The translations under genes were made by a program, and so were the position numbers. The notes under the pieces are model-generated. The model saw only the letters and a program-made list of their open reading frames with translations. It was not told the DNA's origin and made no database searches. A DNA stretch of 64,000 nucleotides from Nitrospirota bacterium (GTDB lineage Bacteria; Nitrospirota; JACRHL01): the NCBI GenBank assembly GCA_016212085.1, contig JACRHL010000018.1:7487-71486 (forward strand), in the 5' to 3' direction. This document shows positions 28,034 through 37,209 of this stretch, piece by piece; within the stretch, counting starts at the first letter, position 1, and each line of letters opens with the position of its first letter.

Positions 28034-28789
28034 ATGGCCGACGCCGATTCCATATCCCTGTTATTGGCCTTCTCGGGCGGCTTCCTGTCGTTCGTGTCGC
28101 CGTGCGTGCTGCCGCTGTTGCCGTCGTACGTGACCTTCATCACCGGCCTGTCGCTGGACCAGCTCACGGCCGGCGAGCACACGGCGCGGGTCAAGCGCAT
28201 CGTGCTCGCGAACTCCCTGTTCTTCGTCGCCGGCTTCTCCACCATCTTCGTGGCGCTGGGGGCCTCGGCCACCTATGTGGGGCAGTTCCTGATCGCCTAC
28301 CAGCACGTGATGTCCAAGGTGGCGGGCGCGATCATCGTGCTGTTCGGCCTGTACGTGATGGGCGTCCTCAAGGCCAACTGGCTGATGGCCGACAAGCGCG
28401 TGCACATGAGCGGCAAGCCCAGGGGCTATACCGGGTCGTACCTGGTGGGCATGGCCTTCGCCGCCGGCTGGACGCCGTGCGTGGGGCCGATCCTGGGCAG
28501 CATCCTGCTCCTGGCCGGCACCTCCGAGGGGGTGACGCAGGGCATGCTGCTGCTCACCTTCTATTCCCTGGGGCTGGGGGTGCCGTTCTTTGTCACCGCC
28601 CTGGCGCTCAACACCTTCCTGGCCAGGTTCACCGCCTTCTCGCGCTACATGCGCGTGGTGACCGTGGTCAGCGGCGTGTTCCTCATCGTCATCGGCCTGA
28701 TGATCTTCTTCGACGTGTTCTCGATGCTCAGCGCCTGGCTGGTGAGCTTCGGCATCGGCTGGGACGTGCAGCCGGACGACCTGCGCTAG
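28034..28789 (+). CDS. ccdA: Cytochrome c biogenesis protein CcdA (DsbD transmembrane-domain family)
   Basis: Six TM helices with the conserved Cys pairs (FVSPCVLPLLP ... GWTPCVGP). Confidence 0.8.
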   Translation: MADADSISLLLAFSGGFLSFVSPCVLPLLPSYVTFITGLSLDQLTAGEHTARVKRIVLANSLFFVAGFSTIFVALGASATYVGQFLIAYQHVMSKVAGAIIVLFGLYVMGVLKANWLMADKRVHMSGKPRGYTGSYLVGMAFAAGWTPCVGPILGSILLLAGTSEGVTQGMLLLTFYSLGLGVPFFVTALALNTFLARFTAFSRYMRVVTVVSGVFLIVIGLMIFFDVFSMLSAWLVSFGIGWDVQPDDLR

Positions 28790-28819
28790 GCCCCCCCCCA
28801 AACCGCCCCCAACCGCCCT

Positions 28820-29623
28820 TCAGCGCTCCGGGAACAGCGCCCGGGTCAGGCGCAGGTAGGCGTCCAGGTCCAGCGTCTCGCCGCGCACGGCGGGGTTTAT
28901 GCCCGCGCCGGCGCAGGCGGCGTCGATGCGCGCGGGATCGGCGACCAGCGTGCCCAGGGCGTTGCGCAGGGTCTTGCGGCGCTGCCCCAGGGCGGCGCGC
29001 ACCACCGCCATGAAGTCGCCAACGGCCGCGTCCGGCAGCAGCGGCTCGGCGCGCGGGACGATGCGGATCACGGCGCTCTTCACCTTGGGCGGCGGCCGGA
29101 ACGCCCCGGCGGGCACGGTGAAGCACAGGGACGCCCGCGCCCGCACCGCCACCCCCAGGGTGAGCACGCCGTATTCCTTGGTGCCCGCCCTGGCCAGGAT
29201 GCGCTGCGCCACCTCGTGCTGGATCATCACCACGATGGCGGACGGCGCCGGGTTCGCCTCCAGAAAATGGAACAGCAAGGGGGTGGTCACCTGGTACGGC
29301 AGGTTGGCCACCACCTTGTATGGCACGGGCAGTGTGTCCAGGGGGAACTTGAGGGCGTCCCGGTGGTGCAGGGTGACGCGCGGCTCGCCGGCGAAGCGCT
29401 CCGCCAACTCCGCGTGCAGCCCCCGGTCCAGCTCCACCGCCACCACGTTCGCCCCCTTTTCCAGCAGGGCGCAGGTGAGGATGGCGCGCCCCGGCCCCAC
29501 CTCAAGCACCGTGTCGCCGGGGGCGACGCCGGCCGCGTCGGCGATGCGCCGCACGATGCCCTTGTCCACCAGGAAATGCTGGCCCAGGGACTTGAGGGTG
29601 CGGATGCGCGCCTGCTCAGCCAA
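28820..29623 (-). CDS. rsmA: 16S rRNA (adenine1518/1519-N6)-dimethyltransferase
   Basis: LGQHFLVD and VLEVGPGRA motifs. The start overlaps the pdxA 3' end, as in the conserved pdxA-ksgA pair. Confidence 0.9.
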   Translation of the reverse strand: MAEQARIRTLKSLGQHFLVDKGIVRRIADAAGVAPGDTVLEVGPGRAILTCALLEKGANVVAVELDRGLHAELAERFAGEPRVTLHHRDALKFPLDTLPVPYKVVANLPYQVTTPLLFHFLEANPAPSAIVVMIQHEVAQRILARAGTKEYGVLTLGVAVRARASLCFTVPAGAFRPPPKVKSAVIRIVPRAEPLLPDAAVGDFMAVVRAALGQRRKTLRNALGTLVADPARIDAACAGAGINPAVRGETLDLDAYLRLTRALFPER

Positions 29624-30635
29624 CGGGGTGCGGTGTCCGCCGTGCGGCCCAGGCCCGTGCCGTGTCCAGCGCGGCCTTCATGCTGTCGGCGTTGGCCTGG
29701 CCCCGGGCGGCGATGCCGAAGGCGGTGCCGTGCCCCGGCGAGGTGCGCACGAACGGCAGCCCCAGGGTGATGTTGACGGTCCGGGTGAAGCCCAGCAGCT
29801 TGACGGGCACCAGCCCCTGGTCGTGGTACATGGCCACCACCGCGTCGTGGCTGTGGTCGTTGACCACGTGGGGGAACAGGGCGTCGGCGGCGTGCGGGCC
29901 GTCGGCGTCGATGCCGGCGGCGCGGGCGCGTTCGATGGCGGGCGCCACCCGGTCGGCGTCCTCCGTGCCGAACTCGCCCGGGTGCGGGTTCAGGCCGCAC
30001 ACGGCGATGCGCGGGTGGTCGATGCCGGAGAAGCGCAGGGCGTCGTGGGTCTGGCGGATGGTCTCGAACACCCCGTCCGCCGTGATCAGCCCCGGCAGGT
30101 CGGCCAGGGCGTGGTGGGTGGTGGCCAGCACCACGCGCAGGGCCGGGCACGCCATCATCATGCGCACCGGCACGTCGCCGGCCCGGCGGGCGAGGTATTC
30201 CGTGTGGCCGGTAAAGCCGGCAAGCCCCGCCAGCCGCACCGCCTCCTTGCTCACCGGGGCGGTGACCAGGGCGCTGACCCGCCCCGCCAGGGCCAGCTCC
30301 GTGGCCCGCTCCAGCGCGGCCATGGCCAATCGGCCGCCGGCGGCGCACGGCGCCCCCAGGGGCGGCAGGTCGAGCCCGCCGGGGTGGGTGTCGAGCACGG
30401 CCAGGGGCAGCGGGCCTTCCGGCGGGTGTTCCGGAATGTCTTCCGGCGCGGACACGCGCACGATGCGCGGCCGGGCGGTGCCGATGAGCCGGAACGCCCG
30501 CTCCAGGGCGGCGGCGGGGCCGATCACCAGACAGTGCTCCGGCAGGGCGCGCGCCACCACCTCCGGGCCGATGCCGGCCGGGTCTCCAAGGGTGATGGCG
30601 ATGGGCGGGGAGGGGGCGCTCAAAGGGTGGGGCAC
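29616..30635 (-). CDS. pdxA: 4-hydroxythreonine-4-phosphate dehydrogenase
   Basis: IAITLGDPAGIGPEV N-terminal motif with PdxA collinearity. GTG start chosen at 30635 (TTG at 30623 is also possible). The start overlaps the stop of the upstream CDF gene. Confidence 0.85.
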   Translation of the reverse strand: MPHPLSAPSPPIAITLGDPAGIGPEVVARALPEHCLVIGPAAALERAFRLIGTARPRIVRVSAPEDIPEHPPEGPLPLAVLDTHPGGLDLPPLGAPCAAGGRLAMAALERATELALAGRVSALVTAPVSKEAVRLAGLAGFTGHTEYLARRAGDVPVRMMMACPALRVVLATTHHALADLPGLITADGVFETIRQTHDALRFSGIDHPRIAVCGLNPHPGEFGTEDADRVAPAIERARAAGIDADGPHAADALFPHVVNDHSHDAVVAMYHDQGLVPVKLLGFTRTVNITLGLPFVRTSPGHGTAFGIAARGQANADSMKAALDTARAWAARRTPHPVG

Positions 30636-31510
30636 CGGTGCTTGCCGTGGGGCTCCACGTGCACCACCACCTCGCGCACGCCGTGGAAGTGGTTCTTCAC
30701 CCGCTCCTCCAGGTCGTCGGCGATCTTGTGGGCGTCGAGCACGGACATCCTCGGGTCCACGTGGATGCGCATGTCCATCAGGATGTGGTGCTCGGTGCCG
30801 CGGGTGCGCACCTCGTGGCAGTATATCACCCCGTCGATCTCGCGGACGAAGCGCTCCACCTCCTCCGGCGCCAGGATGCCCGCGTCCGACAGCACCATGG
30901 CCGACGACAGGGTGATGTCGTAGGCGGCCTTGCCGATCAGTCCGGCGATGAGCACCGCCACGATGGGGTCCATGAGCCACACGCCGAACTGGGCGGCTAC
31001 CAGGGAGGCGGCCACCGACACGGTCACCAGCAGGTCGCTCTGGGTGTGCTTGGAGTCGGCGTGCAGCACGTCGCTGCCCAGCTCGCGGCCCTTGTTGTGT
31101 TCGTAGCGGTACACGAACCAGTTGATGAGGATGGTGCCGACCACGATCACGTAGGCCATGGGCCCCACGTCCGGCACGTGCGGGTGGTTGAAGCGCTCGT
31201 AGGCGCTTTGCAGCACGCGCATGCACGCGAAGGTGAGCATCACGCCGATGCCGATGGTGGCCAGCGTCTCGAACTTGCGGTGGCCGTAGGGGTGGTTGGC
31301 GTCCGGCGGGTGGGAGGCCACCCACAGGCCCACCAGGGCGATCACGTTCGACATGCCGTCGAAGGTGGAGTGGAATCCATCCGCCGTGAGGCCCACCGAG
31401 TCGATGTGAATGCCCCAGCCGAGCTTGGCGGCGGCCACCAGCAGGTTGAGCCAGAGGACGTTCCACAGAACCCGGCGCACCGGCGCGTATGGGGCGTAAT
31501 GCTGGTCCAC
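30620..31510 (-). CDS. Cation diffusion facilitator (CzcD/FieF-like) metal efflux transporter
   Basis: Six-TM core with the HSxxD and HxxxD metal sites (ADGFHSTFDG) and a C-terminal cytoplasmic domain. GTG start at 31510 is preferred, with a TATAAT box immediately upstream. The in-frame ATG at 31639 would add 43 Arg/Ala/Gly-rich residues and leave only 21 bp to the divergent gene. Confidence 0.7.
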   Translation of the reverse strand: MDQHYAPYAPVRRVLWNVLWLNLLVAAAKLGWGIHIDSVGLTADGFHSTFDGMSNVIALVGLWVASHPPDANHPYGHRKFETLATIGIGVMLTFACMRVLQSAYERFNHPHVPDVGPMAYVIVVGTILINWFVYRYEHNKGRELGSDVLHADSKHTQSDLLVTVSVAASLVAAQFGVWLMDPIVAVLIAGLIGKAAYDITLSSAMVLSDAGILAPEEVERFVREIDGVIYCHEVRTRGTEHHILMDMRIHVDPRMSVLDAHKIADDLEERVKNHFHGVREVVVHVEPHGKHRCPTL

Positions 31511-31660
31511 GGTGAGGTGATTATAGGCCCCGCCCGGCGGCCGGACAAGGCGCGCCCTTTCCGCCGCCCGGCCGATGGGCGATAATGGGGCACCCCTTGC
31601 AATAGGCTTGGCCCCGCCGGCTGCACGCCGTTCCCGCAACCTGGAGGCACCGTTTCACCC

Positions 31661-32980
31661 ATGGGCCAGACCCTGCTGATTCAGAACGCGACGGCGGTGC
31701 TGCCGGACGGTGTCCGCCAGGCCGACGTGGCGATGATGGGGGGCCAGATCGCCCGCGTGGGGGCCCCCGGCAAGCGCCTGGACCCCAGCGGCTTCGAGAC
31801 GGTGATCGACGCGGGCGGGCTGGCCCTGCTGCCCGGCGTCATCGACGCCCACGTGCACTTCCGCACCCCCGGCGGTGAGCACAAGGAGGATTGGGACACG
31901 GGCTCCATGGCGGCCCTGGCCGGCGGCGTCACCACCGTGCTCGACATGCCCAACACCGACCCGCCCACCGTGTCGCTGGAGGCGCTCGGCGCCAAGCGCA
32001 AGGCGGTGGCGGAGCGGGCACGGGTACACTACGGCCTGTTCATGGGCGCCACCCGCGACAACCTGGAGCAGGTGCTGGCGGCGGACAACATCGCCGGCCT
32101 CAAGGTATACATGGGTTCCTCCACCGGCGGCTTGCTGGTGCACGAGGACGGGCCGCTGGCGCGCATCTTCGAGCGTTTTCCCGGCACCCTGGCGGTGCAC
32201 GCGGAGGACGAGCAGATCATCCAGGCCAACAGCCTGAAGTACCGGGACGCGGTGGCGCCCGGCGTGCACCACCTGATCCGCGATCACCTGTCGGCCCGGC
32301 GCGCCACGGAGCGGGCCATCGGCCTGGCCACGCGCTTCGACCGGCCACTGCACATCTGCCACATGAGCACGGCGGAGGAGCTGGAACTGGTGCGGGCCGC
32401 CGCCGACCCGCGCATCACCTGCGAGGTGGCGCCGCACCACCTGGTGCTCACCCAGGAGGCGCTGGACGAGATGGGTACCCTGGCCAAGATGAACCCTCCC
32501 CTGCGCACGGCGGCGGATTGCGATGCCCTGTGGGCGGGCCTGGCCGCCGGCGCCATCGCCTGCGTGGCCACCGACCACGCGCCGCACACCCTCAAGGAAA
32601 AGGCGGGCAGCTATTGGCAGGCGCCGTCCGGGGTGCCCGGCGTGCAGCACATGCTGCCCATCCTGCTGGACGCGGCCCGGCGCGGCCGGCTGTCCCTGGA
32701 GCGGGTGGCGGAGGTGACGGCGGCGGGGCCCGCGCGCCTGTTCGGCATCCAGGGCAAGGGGCGCATCGCCCGGGGGTACGACGCCGACCTGGTGCTGGTG
32801 GACCTGACCGCCACCCGCACCGTGGACCGCAAGGACGTGTTGAGCAAGTGCGGCTGGACCCCCTACGAGGGCATGACCCTCACCGGCTGGCCGGTGGTCA
32901 CCATCCTGGACGGCCAGGTGGTCTACGAGCGCGGCGCCTTCCCGCGCCGGGTGGCCGGGAGGGAGGTGCGGTTCGGCTAG
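31661..32980 (+). CDS. pyrC: Dihydroorotase (multimeric/allantoinase-like amidohydrolase family)
   Basis: Metal-binding DAHVHFR and a carboxylated-Lys region. The motifs VATDHAPH, AHAEDE and about 439 aa are typical of DHOase-like cyclic amidohydrolases. Confidence 0.7.
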   Translation: MGQTLLIQNATAVLPDGVRQADVAMMGGQIARVGAPGKRLDPSGFETVIDAGGLALLPGVIDAHVHFRTPGGEHKEDWDTGSMAALAGGVTTVLDMPNTDPPTVSLEALGAKRKAVAERARVHYGLFMGATRDNLEQVLAADNIAGLKVYMGSSTGGLLVHEDGPLARIFERFPGTLAVHAEDEQIIQANSLKYRDAVAPGVHHLIRDHLSARRATERAIGLATRFDRPLHICHMSTAEELELVRAAADPRITCEVAPHHLVLTQEALDEMGTLAKMNPPLRTAADCDALWAGLAAGAIACVATDHAPHTLKEKAGSYWQAPSGVPGVQHMLPILLDAARRGRLSLERVAEVTAAGPARLFGIQGKGRIARGYDADLVLVDLTATRTVDRKDVLSKCGWTPYEGMTLTGWPVVTILDGQVVYERGAFPRRVAGREVRFG

Positions 32981-33046
32981 CAGGCCGTCAGGGTGTCTGG
33001 ACTGTGGCGGGTTTCACCCGATAGTTGCTTACGGGTAAAAGGGGCG

Positions 33047-33628
33047 GTGTCATACAAAGGGTTCTTGAGTGCCGTTGCGGTTGCGCTCACGCTTATCGCG
33101 TTCCTGCCGTACATCCGCTCAATCATTACCGGCGCAACCAGGCCCCATGTGTTTTCGTGGGTAACCTGGGGCACAACCACCTTTGTGGTGTTTCTTGCGC
33201 AGCTTGAGGACAAGGGGGGTGCTGGCGCCTGGCCGATCGGTGTTTCAGGCGGCATCTCGATTTTTATTGCGCTGTTGTCCTATCTGAAGAAGGCGGATAT
33301 TGCCGTCACCAGGATCGACTGGCTGTTTTTCGTCTCGGCGATGTCCGCATTGCCGTTCTGGTATATCACGTCCGATCCGCTGTGGGCCGTGGTGATTCTG
33401 ACAACCGTCGATGTACTCGGGTTCGGGCCGACGGTCAGGAAGGCGTATGCCCATCCGCATTCGGAATCGGTGCCGTTTTTTGCGATATTCGCGGTCCGGA
33501 ACCTCTTGGTCATCCTGGCGCTGGAACATTACTCGGTAACGACAGTCCTGTTCCCGGCCGTCGTCGCGGCCGCATGCGTGCTGCTGGTGGCGATGGTGAC
33601 GTACCGGCGGCGGGCGCTGGCCGCGTGA
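33047..33628 (+). CDS. Hypothetical polytopic membrane protein in a low-GC island (possible PQ-loop/SemiSWEET-like internal duplication)
   Basis: Five to six hydrophobic helices. AFLPYIRSIITGATRP and SALPFWYITSDP resemble duplicated PQ-loop-type motifs. Codon usage is visibly AT-richer than neighbouring genes. GTG start at 33047 is preceded by AAAAGGGG (an in-frame GTG at 32993 is also possible). Confidence 0.45.
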   Translation: MSYKGFLSAVAVALTLIAFLPYIRSIITGATRPHVFSWVTWGTTTFVVFLAQLEDKGGAGAWPIGVSGGISIFIALLSYLKKADIAVTRIDWLFFVSAMSALPFWYITSDPLWAVVILTTVDVLGFGPTVRKAYAHPHSESVPFFAIFAVRNLLVILALEHYSVTTVLFPAVVAAACVLLVAMVTYRRRALAA

Positions 33629-33683
33629 CGGCACGACGCGGCCCGGCAAGGGAACGGCTTGGCGCGTCAGGCCGGAATGCCGG

Positions 33684-34193
33684 TCAGACCGGCTCGCCGG
33701 AGGCGGCCTCGGTCTCCATGATGCGCTGCTTGCGCAGCAGGGCCTTCTGCTTGATGATCTGGGCGATCTCGTACTCGCGCTTCTCCTGGGCCGTTTCCAC
33801 CCGCAGCGGCGGCACCGGCGCCGGGCGCCCGGCGCTGTCCAGCGCCACGAAGTTGAAGTGGGCGGTGGTGCAGTGGTGGCGCTCGCCGGTGAGGGGGCTG
33901 TCGGAAAACACGTCCACCTTGATGACCATGGAGGTGCGCCCCACCGCCACCACGCGGGCGCGCGCCTCGATCTGGTCGCCCACCCGGATCGGGTGCTTGA
34001 AGTCCATGGCCTCCGTGGAGGCGGTGGTGACCACCGTGCCCGCGTAGTTGGCCCCCGCCAGGGCCCCCACCTTGTCCATGAGCGCCATCAGCCGGCCGCC
34101 GAACATGGAGCCGTAGGGGTTGGCGTCGTTGGGGAACACCAGATCCCAGCTGCTCAGGGTTTCCGCCTTCTTGTGGGCCGTCTGGGACATCAT
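33684..34193 (-). CDS. Acyl-CoA thioesterase (hotdog fold, YciA-like)
   Basis: Hotdog motif LVFPNDANPYGSMFGGRLMALMD. ATG at 34193 overlaps the recQ TGA (ATGA). Confidence 0.75.
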   Translation of the reverse strand: MMSQTAHKKAETLSSWDLVFPNDANPYGSMFGGRLMALMDKVGALAGANYAGTVVTTASTEAMDFKHPIRVGDQIEARARVVAVGRTSMVIKVDVFSDSPLTGERHHCTTAHFNFVALDSAGRPAPVPPLRVETAQEKREYEIAQIIKQKALLRKQRIMETEAASGEPV

Positions 34194-36586
34194 GCGCTGT
34201 GCTCCATGCGGGGTTCGGATGCGTGGTCGCGGATGGCGGCCAGGAAGTCGGCGCCGTAGCGCTCCAGCTTGGACGGGCCGACGCCGCTCACCGCCAGCAG
34301 GGCCTCGTCCGTGGCCGGCTTGTGGCCCGCCATCTCGGCCAGGGTACGGTCCGAAAATACCATGTAGGGCGGCACCTCGTCGCGCCGGGCGAGACGGGTG
34401 CGCAGGGCCTTGAGGCCGGCCAGCAGCCCGGCATCGGCCTCCGGGGCTTCCGGGGCTTCCGTGACGCGCGGGCTCGCGCCGGGGGCCGCCTCGGGCGGGG
34501 ACAGCAGCACGCCGCCGCGCTCGCCCTTGAGGACCGCCAGGCCGCGCTCGGTGATCACCAGCACCGGGCGGCGGCCCTGGCCGCTGCCCATGTCCTCCCG
34601 GGCCAGCAGGCCCTGGGCCAGCAATTCGCCCAGCAGGTCGGCCACCTGCTTCTGGGTCAGGTGCTTGAGCAGGCCGTAGGTGCTGGCCTGGTCCAGCCGG
34701 TTGCGGCGGATCTGCTCCGTGTTGGCGCCGCTCAGGTGGCCCGCCACCGTCTGCACCCCGAAGCTGATGAACCCCTCGCCGGTGCGCACCCGGCAGCGGG
34801 CCACGCCCGACAGCAGCTTGCGCGCCAGCTCCGTGGCCTCCACGGGCTTGCCGGGAGAGTGGGCCCCCGCCTGGCAGCGGTCGCAGCCGCCGCAATGGTC
34901 GGCGCCGGTCTCGCCGAAGTGGGCCAGGATGGCGGCGCGGCGGCACGCGGGGGTGCGGCAGTAGGCCTCCATGGCGTCCAGCGCCGACAGGGCGAAGCGG
35001 CGTTTGGCGTCCAGCGCCGAAAAGTCCACGGCGGGCAGCTCGCGGGCGAGCAGGCGAAGACCGCGCCCGCGGAACGGCGCCGTGTAGTGGATGGCGCCCG
35101 CCTCGTGCATGGCGTGCATGGCGCGCAGGGCGGCGTCGTGGTCCAGCCCCGCGTCGTCCGCCAGTTGGCCCAGGGGCACCTGGATGGTGCCGTTCTCCCC
35201 CGGCGGCAGCAGGAAGTCCAGCACCGCCAGGATGCGTTGCTGTACCTGGGCGCGCGCCCCCACCTGGGAACGGTCCACCATGCGGATGGTGGACGGGTTG
35301 GTGCGCGGGTTCAGGCGCACCAGGGCGCCCGACTCCTCCAGCAGCTTGAGGGCGGACGATACGGCCATCTCGCTGCCGTCGGCGCCGCCCCCCATGCGCC
35401 CCAGCATCTCCTTGTGCGACACCTCCACCACGTCGTCGTCCGCCGCCGACTGCGCCAGCACCGCCCACAGGGCGCGCACGAAGGCCTCGGTGGGGTAGGA
35501 GGCGTTGATGAAGAACTCCTGGGTGAAGCGGTCGCCGGCGCCGTACAGCAGGGTGCACTCGGCGGGCTTTCCATCGCGCCCGGCGCGGCCCGCCTCCTGG
35601 TAATAGGCCTCCAGGGTGCCGGGCATGTCGTAGTGCAGGACGAAGCGCACGTTGGCCTTGTCCACCCCCATGCCGAAGGCGTTGGTGGCCACGATCAGCG
35701 GCACCCGGCCGCCGATGAAGGCGTCCTGTGACGTTTCGCGCTCATCGTCCGGCAGCCCCGCGTGGTAGGCCACCACCTGGAACCCCTCGGCGCGCAACTG
35801 GGCGGTGGCCTCCTCCACCTTGCGGCGGGTGGCGCAATAGACGATGCCGGGGCCCGGATTGTGGGCCATGAAGGCGGTCAGGGCGTCCTTCTTGCGGCCG
35901 CCGGGGCGCACCGCCAGATGGAGGTTGTCGCGGTCGAAGCCGGTGACGAAACGCGCCGCCTCCACCAGCCCCAGCTGGCTTGCGATGTCGTCCTGCACCG
36001 TGGGCGTGGCGGTGGCGGTGAGGGCGATCACCGGCGGCCGCCCGAGCTGCTCGATCACCGGCACCAGGCGCAGGTAGGCGGGGCGGAAGTCGTGCCCCCA
36101 CTGGCTGATGCAGTGCGCCTCGTCCACGGCCACCCGCGCCACCGGCACGCCGGCCATGGACTCCATGAAGTAGCGCGAGTTGAAGCGCTCCGGCGCCACG
36201 TACAGCAGCTTGATCTGCCCCGCGCGCACCCGGCCCATGACGGCGCGCACCTGGTCGAAGTTCAGGGTCGAGTTGATGGCGGCGGCGGCGATGCCGGTGG
36301 CGGTGAGGGCGTCCACCTGGTCCTTCATCAGGGCGATGAGGGGCGAGATGACCAGGGTGACCCCGTCGGAAACGCAGGCGGGGAGCTGGTAGCACAGGCT
36401 CTTGCCGCCGCCGGTGGGCATGATGACCAGCACGTCCCGGCCCGCCAGGGCGGCGGCCACGATGGCCTCCTGCCCGGCGCGGAAGGCGGGGTGCCCGAAG
36501 CGCTCCGTGAGCACCCGGCGCGCGGCATCGACGGCTGCGGCGGGCGGGCGGGTGGCGGGCGGCTGGGTCACGTGGGGCTCCGGCAT
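34190..36586 (-). CDS. recQ: ATP-dependent DNA helicase RecQ (extended C-terminus)
   Basis: Helicase motifs I (MPTGGGKS), II (DEAHC) and the Zn-binding RQC cysteines (CGGCDRC). The C-terminal HRDC domain lies after an inserted segment of about 150 aa. 798 aa. Confidence 0.9.
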   Translation of the reverse strand: MPEPHVTQPPATRPPAAAVDAARRVLTERFGHPAFRAGQEAIVAAALAGRDVLVIMPTGGGKSLCYQLPACVSDGVTLVISPLIALMKDQVDALTATGIAAAAINSTLNFDQVRAVMGRVRAGQIKLLYVAPERFNSRYFMESMAGVPVARVAVDEAHCISQWGHDFRPAYLRLVPVIEQLGRPPVIALTATATPTVQDDIASQLGLVEAARFVTGFDRDNLHLAVRPGGRKKDALTAFMAHNPGPGIVYCATRRKVEEATAQLRAEGFQVVAYHAGLPDDERETSQDAFIGGRVPLIVATNAFGMGVDKANVRFVLHYDMPGTLEAYYQEAGRAGRDGKPAECTLLYGAGDRFTQEFFINASYPTEAFVRALWAVLAQSAADDDVVEVSHKEMLGRMGGGADGSEMAVSSALKLLEESGALVRLNPRTNPSTIRMVDRSQVGARAQVQQRILAVLDFLLPPGENGTIQVPLGQLADDAGLDHDAALRAMHAMHEAGAIHYTAPFRGRGLRLLARELPAVDFSALDAKRRFALSALDAMEAYCRTPACRRAAILAHFGETGADHCGGCDRCQAGAHSPGKPVEATELARKLLSGVARCRVRTGEGFISFGVQTVAGHLSGANTEQIRRNRLDQASTYGLLKHLTQKQVADLLGELLAQGLLAREDMGSGQGRRPVLVITERGLAVLKGERGGVLLSPPEAAPGASPRVTEAPEAPEADAGLLAGLKALRTRLARRDEVPPYMVFSDRTLAEMAGHKPATDEALLAVSGVGPSKLERYGADFLAAIRDHASEPRMEHSA

Positions 36587-36671
36587 GGGCCTTCAGGATA
36601 GCGGATCGGCGCCCCCCCGCGTAACCCGCCGGGGTGTGCGCGGCCGGAAAAGAGGCCGTATACTCGCTCCC

Positions 36672-37184
36672 ATGCGCATCCTGGTGGACGGATACAACCT
36701 GATCGCCCAGTTGTGGGGCATGGGGAGTGACCGGCGCGAGCTGGCCCGCCAGCGCGACGCCCTGGTGGCCTACCTGGGCGGATACCACGCCCTGCGCGGC
36801 AATTCCGTGCACGTGGTGTTCGACGGCTGGCGCGAGGGCGACCCCCTGGGCGGCCGCGATCAGGCGCACGGCATCCTGGTCACCTATTCGCCGCTCGGGG
36901 TCACCGCCGACGAGGTGATCCGCGACCTGCTCGCGGAGCGCGGCCCCGGCACCCTGGTGGTGTCCGGCGACCGGCGCGTGCAGGGCTGGGCGCGGGATGC
37001 GGGGGCCGAGGCGGTGGAGCCGGCCGTGTTCGCCGCGCGCGTCGCCGAGGCGCGCCAGGAACTGCCGGATGTGCGTGACGACGACGACGGCAACCGCTGG
37101 GACGGCAGCACCGTGAAGCGCGGCAACCCCCGGCGCCTGTCCAGGCGCGAGCGGGCCCTGCACACCCGGCTGAACAAGCTGTAA
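36672..37184 (+). CDS. YacP-like NYN-domain protein (putative RNA-binding / ribonuclease)
   Basis: MRILVDGYNLI... is the PIN-like NYN signature of the YacP/Rae1 family. Divergent from recQ, separated by 85 bp. Confidence 0.6.
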   Translation: MRILVDGYNLIAQLWGMGSDRRELARQRDALVAYLGGYHALRGNSVHVVFDGWREGDPLGGRDQAHGILVTYSPLGVTADEVIRDLLAERGPGTLVVSGDRRVQGWARDAGAEAVEPAVFAARVAEARQELPDVRDDDDGNRWDGSTVKRGNPRRLSRRERALHTRLNKL

Positions 37185-37209
37185 ATGCCCGGGAAGGCCG
37201 GGCCCAGGC

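Noticed and set aside
31511-31639. N-terminal 43-codon extension of the CDF transporter ORF back to the ATG at 31639
   Set aside because: The extension is Arg/Ala/Gly/Pro-rich with no TM segment and would leave only 21 bp to the divergent pyrC-like gene. A GTG at 31510 with a TATAAT just upstream gives a typical CDF N-terminus (12 residues before TM1).
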